45,882 nt of DNA from Aquificaceae bacterium (GTDB taxonomy: Bacteria > Aquificota > Aquificia > Aquificales > Aquificaceae), in contig WFPN01000329.1 of NCBI GenBank assembly GCA_015487535.1, forward strand, positions 1-45,882. The letters are read 5' to 3'. Of the stretch, positions 17,905-25,721 are shown one piece after another. Each line of letters starts with the position of its first letter. The first letter of the stretch is position 1. The notes under the pieces are model-generated. The model did not search any database, had not been told where the DNA came from, and was given only the letters and a program-made list of their open reading frames with translations. Both the position numbers and the translations under genes were made by a program.

Positions 17905-18711
17905 GTGGGGTTTGCAGAAGTAATAGAAGAGCTATCCAGGAAAGGGTTTTCAGTTACCGACACTACCCGTGACCTCATAGACACCATTTTTATATCCTTT
18001 CACAACCGTGTGAACACCCTTTTGGGAGAAAGGGACAAGTACGAGGAACTCGAGAAGGAGTACCTGAGGGTTATAGAGCCTTACAAGAAGAGGGGCGTTC
18101 TGGATCTGTTCGTTTCTGCTTTTGCGGGACTTATAAAGGACATGGAGGAAAACCCTTATGAGGACATCCTCGGGGAGTACTACCTGGAGCAAAAGGCGAA
18201 GATCGACAGGCAATACAGGGGACAGTTCTTCACGCCTCCCAACGTGGCGGACTGCATGGTAGAGATAACCTTCTCTCTGAAGGAGATAGAGGAGAAAGGA
18301 GTTATAACCGCCTGTGAACCTGCAGCAGGGGCGGGGATATTTCCCTTGAGAGCTGCGAAATGGCTCGTTCAGAACAAGCTCTCGGTTAGGTCGGTGAGGT
18401 GGACGCTCTGGGAGATAGACCCTGTGTTTTTCAAAATAGCTTACATAAACACGACCCTCTGGGGAATACCTGCGGTTGTGATTCATGGGGACTCTCTGAA
18501 AGGTGAGGCTTTGGGTGTGTATCCGAATCTTCACTTCTTAGTACACCCTGTATTACTTGAAGGGGGAGTAGCTCAACTGGATAGAGCCCGGGGGTTATCC
18601 CCGGAGGTTGGGGGTTCGAGTCCCCCCTCCCCCACGGGTCGAACGGCGCCGTTTATGGAGGAGGGGAAGCTCTCCTCCTCCAGCCCGTTAAAACAGTTGA
18701 GGTTGTTTTGA
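17905..18711 (+). CDS. Truncated HsdM-like N6-adenine methyltransferase family protein lacking NPPY/F
   Basis: DILGEYY, GQFFTP, EPAAGAG, EID, HGDSL; no motif IV; ends in QLRLF. Confidence 0.8.
   Translation: MGFAEVIEELSRKGFSVTDTTRDLIDTIFISFHNRVNTLLGERDKYEELEKEYLRVIEPYKKRGVLDLFVSAFAGLIKDMEENPYEDILGEYYLEQKAKIDRQYRGQFFTPPNVADCMVEITFSLKEIEEKGVITACEPAAGAGIFPLRAAKWLVQNKLSVRSVRWTLWEIDPVFFKIAYINTTLWGIPAVVIHGDSLKGEALGVYPNLHFLVHPVLLEGGVAQLDRARGLSPEVGGSSPPSPTGRTAPFMEEGKLSSSSPLKQLRLF
18562..18634 (+). tRNA. tRNA-like element with an abnormal anticodon arm (tRNA-Arg-like D arm)
   Basis: Acceptor GGGGGAG/CTCCCCC, TA, D arm GCTC-AACTGGATA-GAGC, arm CCGGG-GGTTATC-CCCGG, AGGTT, T arm GGGGG-TTCGAGT-CCCCC, discriminator A; no encoded CCA; nucleotide 26, U33 and purine 37 absent. 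Confidence 0.8.
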
Positions 18712-18723
18712 TGGAGGAGGGTC

Positions 18724-19104
18724 ATGTACACGATGAAGGACTTTATGGAAGACATTTCACTCCTCGACAAGTACATGGAGGATATGCACTTCTCGGATCT
18801 CGATCGCAAGATAAACAGGGAGTTTGTCATCTGGTGCAAGCGTATATACAGCATGGTCGATGCGGTTAACAGGAATCAGGCGGAAGCGCTTTACAACTAC
18901 TTTCAGCTTGGGCTCAAGCACTTCTTCGAGAGACACAGAAGGAGTCTCTACAGGATATGGGACATAAACGTGAGCAGACTTGAAATAGCACTCAGGGTGA
19001 TGGTTGGCTGTAGGCTTACTTCCTTCGCTCTTGAGTGCCATGCGGAAGCAGTAAAGACGCTTTATGAAGGGCTTAGGAAATTAAAGCGAGAGTCGGAGGT
19101 CTAA
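18724..19104 (+). CDS. Hypothetical protein
   Basis: GGAGGAGG RBS. Confidence 0.65.
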   Translation: MYTMKDFMEDISLLDKYMEDMHFSDLDRKINREFVIWCKRIYSMVDAVNRNQAEALYNYFQLGLKHFFERHRRSLYRIWDINVSRLEIALRVMVGCRLTSFALECHAEAVKTLYEGLRKLKRESEV

Positions 19105-19106
19105 CG

Positions 19107-19403
19107 ATGCCGTGGTATTGGTGTTCTAACCTTTATGAGTGGGGTAACTATGTAAAAGCAGAGAGCTACAAGGAAGCAAAGAAACTTTACTACATTTACG
19201 GGGACGAGCCAGGAGAGTGGATAAATATAAGATGCCGGAAGTTGAAAGAAGGAAAATACGATGAGGAATGGCTTGAGAGATATTTGGATAGAACGGGAGT
19301 AATTTCCAGACCCCCAGCCTGTAATGTGTGTGGGCATCAATATCCAAAGCCTGAGCATATGAAGAAGTGTCCTTGTTTTTATGAGAGCAATTCATGGTAT
19401 TAA
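19107..19403 (+). CDS. Hypothetical protein with a C-terminal Cys cluster
   Basis: GGAGGT RBS; CNVC...H..KCPC. Confidence 0.6.
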   Translation: MPWYWCSNLYEWGNYVKAESYKEAKKLYYIYGDEPGEWINIRCRKLKEGKYDEEWLERYLDRTGVISRPPACNVCGHQYPKPEHMKKCPCFYESNSWY

Positions 19404-19415
19404 GGAGGCTTTAGA

Positions 19416-20183
19416 ATGCCGACAGGAATTGAATGGACCAACGAGACCTGGAACCCTTTTACAGGTTGCACGAAGGTATCCCTCGCTTGTGTAAGCTGTT
19501 ATGCGGAGAGGTTTGCTAAAAGGCTCCAGAAGAACCCCAGGCTCAGGAAGAAATACAGGAACGGCTTTAGGTTTACCTTTCATCCCGAAGAGCTTGAAAG
19601 ACCTTACGGGTGGAAGGCTCCGAGAATGATTTTTGTAAATTCCATGTCCGATACCTTTCACGAAGAGGCTTCCGACGAGGCTATCCATCAAATTTGGAAG
19701 GTCATGGAGGACAACTCCCATCACGTTTTCCAGATTCTTACCAAAAGACCCCACAGAGCCGTGAACCTCCTTCTTAAGGGAATCATTTATCCGCTTCCTA
19801 ATGTGTGGATGGGGGTAACGGTAGAGCACAGGAAGTATATTCACAGGGTTCTCTACCTTCAGCATTTTGACCTTGCGGGGTTTCCCGTGAGGTTTGTTTC
19901 GGCGGAACCTCTCCTTTCTCCTCTACATGACACCTTAGAGCCCTTCCTCGGAGTGGTGAACTGGGTAATAGTTGGAGGGGAGACAGGGAGAGGAGCGAGA
20001 GAGACGAAGAAGGAGTGGGTTATAGCCCTTCGAGACTTGTGCAAAAAGCACAACATCCCCTTTTTCTTTAAGCAGTGGGGAGGAAGGAACGGGAAGGGAG
20101 GATACTTGATAGGTGGAGAGGAGGTTAGGGAGTTTCCGAGCATTGTCTTCAGGAATACCAAGATTTCCATAGGAGGTTTATGA
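19416..20183 (+). CDS. Phage Gp37/Gp68 (DUF5131) radical-SAM-like protein
   Basis: TGIEWTNETWNPFTGCTKVSLACVSCYA, IFVNSMSD, FQILTKRP, SAEPLL, WVIVGGETG, FFFKQWGG. Confidence 0.92.
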   Translation: MPTGIEWTNETWNPFTGCTKVSLACVSCYAERFAKRLQKNPRLRKKYRNGFRFTFHPEELERPYGWKAPRMIFVNSMSDTFHEEASDEAIHQIWKVMEDNSHHVFQILTKRPHRAVNLLLKGIIYPLPNVWMGVTVEHRKYIHRVLYLQHFDLAGFPVRFVSAEPLLSPLHDTLEPFLGVVNWVIVGGETGRGARETKKEWVIALRDLCKKHNIPFFFKQWGGRNGKGGYLIGGEEVREFPSIVFRNTKISIGGL

Positions 20184-20611
20184 TGGGAACGGATATTTTT
20201 TCTCTTGTACTGGACGCTCTCAGAGATGGTGACCACAAGGAGCTCGCAAAGATGTATATCTACACACTCAGAAAACTGGTTGAGCTGGAGCAAAAATACA
20301 TCGAGCTGAAGCGAAAAGACACTCTTACCAGAATTCAAAAACTTAACTCTGAGGGCCAATCCGACCTTGAAGAGTGTGGGCTTGAATTCTTTCAGGAAGA
20401 CGAGAAGCTTAGGCAACTTAACAAGGATATAGTTTATCTGAGGGCAGGTTTGAAAGCATGCACCTTTGCTTTGGAGGCTTTAAAGCTCCAAGAGGCGAAA
20501 ACGTTTTCGCAGGACAAGGTCGAGAAAGAAACCCGTAGAAAGCCAGAACGGATAGAGCGTCCCAAAAATGTGCCGCCCGAGCCTACCAAGACAATACTGA
20601 TTTACCCATGA
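20180..20611 (+). CDS. Hypothetical coiled-coil protein
   Basis: AGGAGG RBS; coupled ORF. Confidence 0.6.
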   Translation: MMGTDIFSLVLDALRDGDHKELAKMYIYTLRKLVELEQKYIELKRKDTLTRIQKLNSEGQSDLEECGLEFFQEDEKLRQLNKDIVYLRAGLKACTFALEALKLQEAKTFSQDKVEKETRRKPERIERPKNVPPEPTKTILIYP

Positions 20612-20811
20612 GTTACAAAGAAGACTTTTTTAGGTTATGTGAGGAGATTGAACTCGAGCTTTTGTACAGGCTCGGGATCTTTGAGGAAGAACTCAAGGTT
20701 ATAGAAGAATACTACAAGACAAAGCACGATTACTTAGCGTCCTATAGCTATAAGCACGGACTAAAGAAATTGCAGGAATTGAAAAGTAAGCTAATGGAGG
20801 TGGTGAGATGA
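20608..20811 (+). CDS. Hypothetical protein
   Basis: ATGA overlaps on both sides. Confidence 0.55.
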   Translation: MSYKEDFFRLCEEIELELLYRLGIFEEELKVIEEYYKTKHDYLASYSYKHGLKKLQELKSKLMEVVR

Positions 20812-21656
20812 TAAAGCCTAAGAAGTTCGTCAAAAAGCCTATACCCGTGGAAGCAGTATTTTTGACACGGGAAAACCTTAAGAGCGTGGAGAGATGGATA
20901 ATTGACAGTGCTGGACTAATCAATTCCTGTATGGCGGATGAGGAACGAGGGCTACTCATTATTACTACCCTTGAAGGAACTTTAGAAGCCCGCTGTGGGG
21001 AACATTACATCGTCCGTGGAGCAAGAGGCGAATTCTACCCTGTGGAAAAAGAAATCTTTGAAGAGACTTATAGGGAGATGGTTCCCGAAAAAGAGGTTTT
21101 CTTCTACACAAGGATGTTAAAGCACTTGGCCCGAGTCTATATGTACGTAGTCTATCTTGTTGAATTCCACTCGGACGTGCTCGAGGAACACGGTGTAAAC
21201 ATCCTCCAGCTTCTTAAGAATACTGTGGAGCACGACAGGAGTAAGTTTGGAGAACCTCAGCTCTCCGCTTACATAGAGCTCGTTAATCACTATTACAGAA
21301 AGGCGGGGGGTAGTGTGAAAGACTATCCCCTTAATAAGGTTCTTTCTACAAACGCTACAATCCACCACATAATCTCGGAACCTCACCATCCTGAGTACTG
21401 GGATAGGGGTTTTGTTACCGACAAGGGCAAGTTCAACATTAACGATAGAGATGGACTGCCCACTAAGCCTGTCGATGGAACCTCCATGCCCCTTGAGTGT
21501 GTGGTGGAGATGGTATGTGATTGGGAAGCCACTGCAGATGAGAAATGCGACAGCGTTCGTGAGTGGGCAGACAATGCAGTCAACAAACGGTGGAGATTTA
21601 CAGAGGAACAAACAAAGCTAATCTACTCAATCATAGAAATTTTTGAGCAAAGATAA
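20808..21656 (+). CDS. Fusion of a small phage domain (KKPIPVEA...TLEG...EFYPV) and an HD-like DUF5662 domain
   Basis: HDRSKF, HH...PHHPEYW, MPLECVVEMVCDW. Confidence 0.7.
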   Translation: MIKPKKFVKKPIPVEAVFLTRENLKSVERWIIDSAGLINSCMADEERGLLIITTLEGTLEARCGEHYIVRGARGEFYPVEKEIFEETYREMVPEKEVFFYTRMLKHLARVYMYVVYLVEFHSDVLEEHGVNILQLLKNTVEHDRSKFGEPQLSAYIELVNHYYRKAGGSVKDYPLNKVLSTNATIHHIISEPHHPEYWDRGFVTDKGKFNINDRDGLPTKPVDGTSMPLECVVEMVCDWEATADEKCDSVREWADNAVNKRWRFTEEQTKLIYSIIEIFEQR

Positions 21657-21736
21657 AGCTGGGTTGTTACGAAGGAGGCGAGGACATCATGATATATGAG
21701 CTTTATATGAAGTCTGTTTAGGCAGAGGAGGGTTAT

Positions 21737-22387
21737 ATGAAGAGCTGTGAGGGGCGTATGGTAATCAGGTTTCTGGTTGACAACGTTAAGGTGGGGCTTG
21801 AGCTAAAGAGGGTAAACATTTTTGTAGGTGAGGAAGCGAATATTTGGCTTAGCTTAGTCTTTGCGCTGATAAAGATAGCCCGCAGGGAAGAGAAACCGTT
21901 TCCCTTCCTATTTCCCGAAGCTTTTCTTCATCCTACCGCTCAAAGGGACATAGCTAATGACATGGGGCGGGCGTATAACGAAGGAAAATGGGTGTTTGTT
22001 GCAACCTACAGCCCTTACATCTTGGCACAGCTTAACAACCTCTTACTTGCAAAGAGCCTTTACAAAGAGACCCGCGAGGAAGAGATAAGGGAAAGGTATA
22101 AAGGTTTGTGGATAGATCCCGAAGACGTGGCTGTCTATGAAGTTGAATTTGGGCGAGTAAAAAACCTGATAGACGAAGAGGGACTGATAGAGGCAGGGGC
22201 GATAGATGCGGTTTCGGATGAGATAGTAAAGGAGATGGACTGGATGTTGGAAGTAGCCTATGGAGGTAGGGAAAGTGGCGAGGCGGGGACGCCGCAAGGG
22301 GAAGGGGAAAGGAGACACCCTCCCATCCCCGCTGACCCTTCCCCAACTACCAAGGCGGGGGCGCCCCGCCTGTTGAAAAGGAGGTGA
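21737..22387 (+). CDS. Internally deleted ABC/AAA (AAA_15/AAA_21-like) ATPase derivative
   Basis: PEAFLHPTAQ and VFVATYSPYIL retained; Walker A (NIFVGEEA) and Walker B acidic residues lost. Confidence 0.6.
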   Translation: MKSCEGRMVIRFLVDNVKVGLELKRVNIFVGEEANIWLSLVFALIKIARREEKPFPFLFPEAFLHPTAQRDIANDMGRAYNEGKWVFVATYSPYILAQLNNLLLAKSLYKETREEEIRERYKGLWIDPEDVAVYEVEFGRVKNLIDEEGLIEAGAIDAVSDEIVKEMDWMLEVAYGGRESGEAGTPQGEGERRHPPIPADPSPTTKAGAPRLLKRR

Positions 22388-22390
22388 AAG

Positions 22391-22606
22391 ATGGGAGAGG
22401 TTAAGTTTAGGATATGGAACGGAAAGGAGTGGCTAAAGGACGAAGACGGAGCAGCTAAATACGTAATAGACCGAGAGGGGAATGCCCTTTTTGTGAAGGC
22501 AGGTGATTTTGAAGATGTGGTGCTACCCGTTGAAGAAGCTGAGGTTTCCTTATGCACAGGGCTTAAAGACAAGAACGGAAAGGATATATACGAGAATGAG
22601 ACTTAA
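22391..22606 (+). CDS. YopX-family N-terminal fragment
   Basis: KFRIW...TGLKDKNGKDIYE, then an early stop. Confidence 0.75.
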   Translation: MGEVKFRIWNGKEWLKDEDGAAKYVIDREGNALFVKAGDFEDVVLPVEEAEVSLCTGLKDKNGKDIYENET

Positions 22607-22712
22607 GGCGGTTTTCAAAGAGCTTGACATAGTACTCCAGCTTTGGGAAAAGGGAGATAAAGTTCAGATTCATGAGAAGCCTTGCGGTCTTTGCGAGGAG
22701 GGAAAGATATGA
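22596..22712 (+). CDS. Small hypothetical protein
   Basis: Fills the gap; ATGA overlap with the next gene; CGLC. Confidence 0.35.
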   Translation: MRLKAVFKELDIVLQLWEKGDKVQIHEKPCGLCEEGKI

Positions 22713-23074
22713 GGTTTAAACCCGTTCCCATAACCCAAAAGGAGTTCGAGAGATTTTTTGAGGAAAGACTTAGGAAATGTAAAGAGACTCTTATTATCAA
22801 AGCAAGAGAATACGCTTCCGATACTGACAAGGCACACAACTTTAACGAAGCAGGCAGAATGATGAACATGAGGCCAGAGCAAATAGCCTTTATGTACATG
22901 ATGAAACACTTCCAATCTCTGACGGACATAGTAATGAACGGGAAGCAGGTATCTAAAGAAGTATGGGACGAAAAAGTGGGAGATCTCCTGAACTACTGGT
23001 TCTTGATAGATGCCATTGTGCAAAAAGTGTATGAGGGACTGAAAAATACCTCTACACCTGTTGGAGGTAGATAG
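22709..23074 (+). CDS. All-alpha NTP-pyrophosphatase-like (DUF1599-like) protein
   Basis: KAREYA...HNF...KH...EKVGDLLNY. Confidence 0.6.
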   Translation: MRFKPVPITQKEFERFFEERLRKCKETLIIKAREYASDTDKAHNFNEAGRMMNMRPEQIAFMYMMKHFQSLTDIVMNGKQVSKEVWDEKVGDLLNYWFLIDAIVQKVYEGLKNTSTPVGGR

Positions 23075-23076
23075 CC

Positions 23077-23298
23077 ATGGACATAACCTGGCACATTACG
23101 GGGAATTACAAGGCTGGATGGAAGGTCGTGGCTGAGAACAGGCATGTGAGAGTGGAGGTGGAAGGTAGAGATTTACACAGAGCTGTTAAAGAGGCGGAAG
23201 GGAAGATAGTTAGCGAGACCCGAGCTATTACCAGAAAAACCTTTGTTACACATCAGCCAGAATTGCATATGCCCCTTGACAGACATAATCACGATTAG
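23077..23298 (+). CDS. Hypothetical protein
   Basis: GGAGGT RBS. Confidence 0.55.
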   Translation: MDITWHITGNYKAGWKVVAENRHVRVEVEGRDLHRAVKEAEGKIVSETRAITRKTFVTHQPELHMPLDRHNHD

Positions 23299-23307
23299 AA
23301 TGTTATA
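23276..23307 (+). promoter_or_regulatory. Palindromic motif copy 4, upstream of the terminase genes
   Basis: TTGACA 23276; AATCAC-gattagaat-GTTATA (23287-23307). Confidence 0.7.
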
Positions 23308-23337
23308 AAGGTACGCACGTGTAACAGGATAGTAGCA

Positions 23338-23898
23338 ATGCCAGGGCGACGCAAGTATGACTGGGATAAGGCTCGGGAGATGTATGTGGAGGGCATTCCT
23401 GATGGTAAGGATGGTGTGCGATTCCCGACACTTGAAGAGATAGCCAGTATCCTCGGGTGTGCTCCTTCGCTTGTTCGCAGGAGGGCTGCACGGGAGAGGT
23501 GGAGTTATCAGAGGGAGCTGTACAAGAGGCAGCTGGAGGAGGAGAGAAGGAAGAGGAAGATAGCTAAATTTCTGGAAGACATATCTGAGGTTGACAGCAG
23601 GCTTATAAGCCTTGTGAAGTTTGTTAGTGCAGAAATAATCAAGTTTGCTGGGGAGAAGGCAAGGCGGGGCGAACCTTTAACATTGAAAGAGGCGGAGAAG
23701 ATAGCGGCCGTTTCCGAAAAGCTTCAGAGAGTCATTAATATCATGAAGGGAGAACCCACGGATATTGTTAAAAGCGTCGTGGATGATGTTAGTTCGTTGA
23801 TAGACGACCCCGAATTCAGCGCCGTGGTTACACAAGCCGTCAGGGAGTATGTGAACAGGAAAGCTCTTACCAAAAGGAGGAAGAGTGGGGATCAATGA
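23338..23898 (+). CDS. Terminase small subunit (putative)
   Basis: KYDW...Y, HTH TLEEIASILG...RAARERW; precedes TerL. Confidence 0.75.
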   Translation: MPGRRKYDWDKAREMYVEGIPDGKDGVRFPTLEEIASILGCAPSLVRRRAARERWSYQRELYKRQLEEERRKRKIAKFLEDISEVDSRLISLVKFVSAEIIKFAGEKARRGEPLTLKEAEKIAAVSEKLQRVINIMKGEPTDIVKSVVDDVSSLIDDPEFSAVVTQAVREYVNRKALTKRRKSGDQ

Positions 23899-25688
23899 AG
23901 AATGATGTCATTGCCTACACGGCCAAGCTTCTGTACGAAGAGACGTACGTGGACGTAGAGGAGTTTGTGAACGAGCATCTCGGCCTTAGGGGGCAGATTT
24001 GGGACAAGCTTATCGACTTGATGATAGATGTTTGGCATGGAGGCGATTATTTTCTCGTTGTCATCGATGGAGGTATAGGATGGGGTAAGTCAACGTTTGC
24101 AAAGGTGAGCCTGCTCTATCTCTTTTACAACGCTATCGTGTTGAAAAATCCCCAAGGTGTTCTCGGGTTTGTTAAGGGGACTGAGCTCCCTATCTTACTG
24201 GTCGGGGAGACGAAGCAGCAGGCGAAGCATATCCTCTTTAATGACATAAAGACCATGATGGCCAGCTCTCCTTATTTCAGGAAGAAGATAGAGAAGAAGG
24301 AAATAGTGTTCTACGAGTCCAAGGATGGGGGGGAGATAAGGCATGTGAGCAAGAACGTAGTGATAGTTCCGAGGGGGATAGACGATACCGGGATACTCGG
24401 CCTGAACCTTATAGGGGCTGTGATGGAGGAGGTGAATTTCTGGAGCGTTCTTTTGAACAGCAAGATGGGGAAGAATTACGATACTGCACGGGAGACTTTT
24501 GAAAAACTCCACAAGAGGTTTACTTCGAGGTATGGGAATTTTGAGAGACCCCTTCCGTTTATTCCCAAGTTCTTTGTAGTTTCCTCGAACCACAGGGAGA
24601 AGGATCTCACTCTGCAATTGCATAAGGAGTATAAGGGCAAAAGGGGGTTTTACTACCTTCACATGAGGACATGGGATACGCACCCTGAGGGTTGGCACTC
24701 CCCGAAAACGTTTACGGTTTGTGTTGGGGACAAGAACCAAGAGCCGAGGATAATAGATTCCGGAGAGAGCTGCAGGGGGTGCTCTATACACCCCAGGAAA
24801 GACTACACGAACTGCGGGCACAAGCTGGAAAAGGTCCCAGAGGATTACAGGGTTGAGTTTGAGAGGAACATACTTACCGCCGTTAGGGATTTTCTCGGCT
24901 ACCCTCAGTACGCCAGCTCCCCTTTTATCGCATCGAGGGAGAGGGTTTACGCATGCATAGATGACCTTTTGTTTCATCCTTGGGAGGTCGAGGAGCTTGT
25001 TCCCCAGTTCGTATCTACGGAAAAGAGATGGAAGATACCTTTGCCAACGAGAGTGAAGGTGGTAAATCCGCAGGCTCAGAGGTTTATTCACGTTGACCTT
25101 GGGTTGAGGCACGATGCGTGCGGTTTGGCTGTTGGGCACGTCGAGAGGTTTGTTGAGGTTAAGAGGGTGGACGAGGAGGGCAACGAGTACTCTGAAAAAC
25201 TACCCTTTATAAGGGTAGACCTTATGGTGAGGATAGTTCCACCTGAAGGAGGGGAGATAGAGATAGCGGAGGTGAGGAACCTCCTTTACTTCCTCGGGAC
25301 GAAATACAGGATACATACCATCAGCTTTGACGGTTTCCAGAGTGCTGACAGCATACAGATACTCAGGAAGAGGTTCCCGAACGTTGAACTACTCTCTGTG
25401 GACAGGAGCAACGAGCCGTATGAGTTCCTCAGGAGTGCGGTGTATGAGGGCAGGATACGTTACTACAGGTATGAGCCTTTTATAGAGGAGCTCCTGGACC
25501 TTGAGTTTGACGATGTGAGAGGTAAGGTTGATCATCCTCCGGGCGGTTCCAAGGATGTTGCGGACGCTGTGGCCGGGGTGGTGTACCACTGTATGAAGAG
25601 GGCGAAGCTCTCGGTTCCGACGAAGATAGAGAGAGGCTACCCCTCCTTAGGAGAAAAGCCTTGGTGGGAAGACTTGAGACATCTTTGA
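23895..25688 (+). CDS. terL: Terminase large subunit
   Basis: GGIGWGKST, VMEEVNF, IHVDLG..HD, SFDGFQS, KVDHPPGGSKDVADAVAG. Confidence 0.92.
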   Translation: MKNDVIAYTAKLLYEETYVDVEEFVNEHLGLRGQIWDKLIDLMIDVWHGGDYFLVVIDGGIGWGKSTFAKVSLLYLFYNAIVLKNPQGVLGFVKGTELPILLVGETKQQAKHILFNDIKTMMASSPYFRKKIEKKEIVFYESKDGGEIRHVSKNVVIVPRGIDDTGILGLNLIGAVMEEVNFWSVLLNSKMGKNYDTARETFEKLHKRFTSRYGNFERPLPFIPKFFVVSSNHREKDLTLQLHKEYKGKRGFYYLHMRTWDTHPEGWHSPKTFTVCVGDKNQEPRIIDSGESCRGCSIHPRKDYTNCGHKLEKVPEDYRVEFERNILTAVRDFLGYPQYASSPFIASRERVYACIDDLLFHPWEVEELVPQFVSTEKRWKIPLPTRVKVVNPQAQRFIHVDLGLRHDACGLAVGHVERFVEVKRVDEEGNEYSEKLPFIRVDLMVRIVPPEGGEIEIAEVRNLLYFLGTKYRIHTISFDGFQSADSIQILRKRFPNVELLSVDRSNEPYEFLRSAVYEGRIRYYRYEPFIEELLDLEFDDVRGKVDHPPGGSKDVADAVAGVVYHCMKRAKLSVPTKIERGYPSLGEKPWWEDLRHL

Positions 25689-25707
25689 TTACGATTAGTA
25701 TGTTATT
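25687..25707 (+). promoter_or_regulatory. Palindromic motif copy 5, upstream of portal
   Basis: GATTAC-gattagtat-GTTATT, then GGAGGT. Confidence 0.7.
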
Positions 25708-25721
25708 AGTGGGAGGTACCG

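Noticed and set aside
18588-18604. Functional ochre (UAA) suppressor tRNA or stop-codon recoding
   Set aside because: Loop lacks U33 and purine 37, and many genes here, including sheath and tube, end normally at TAA.
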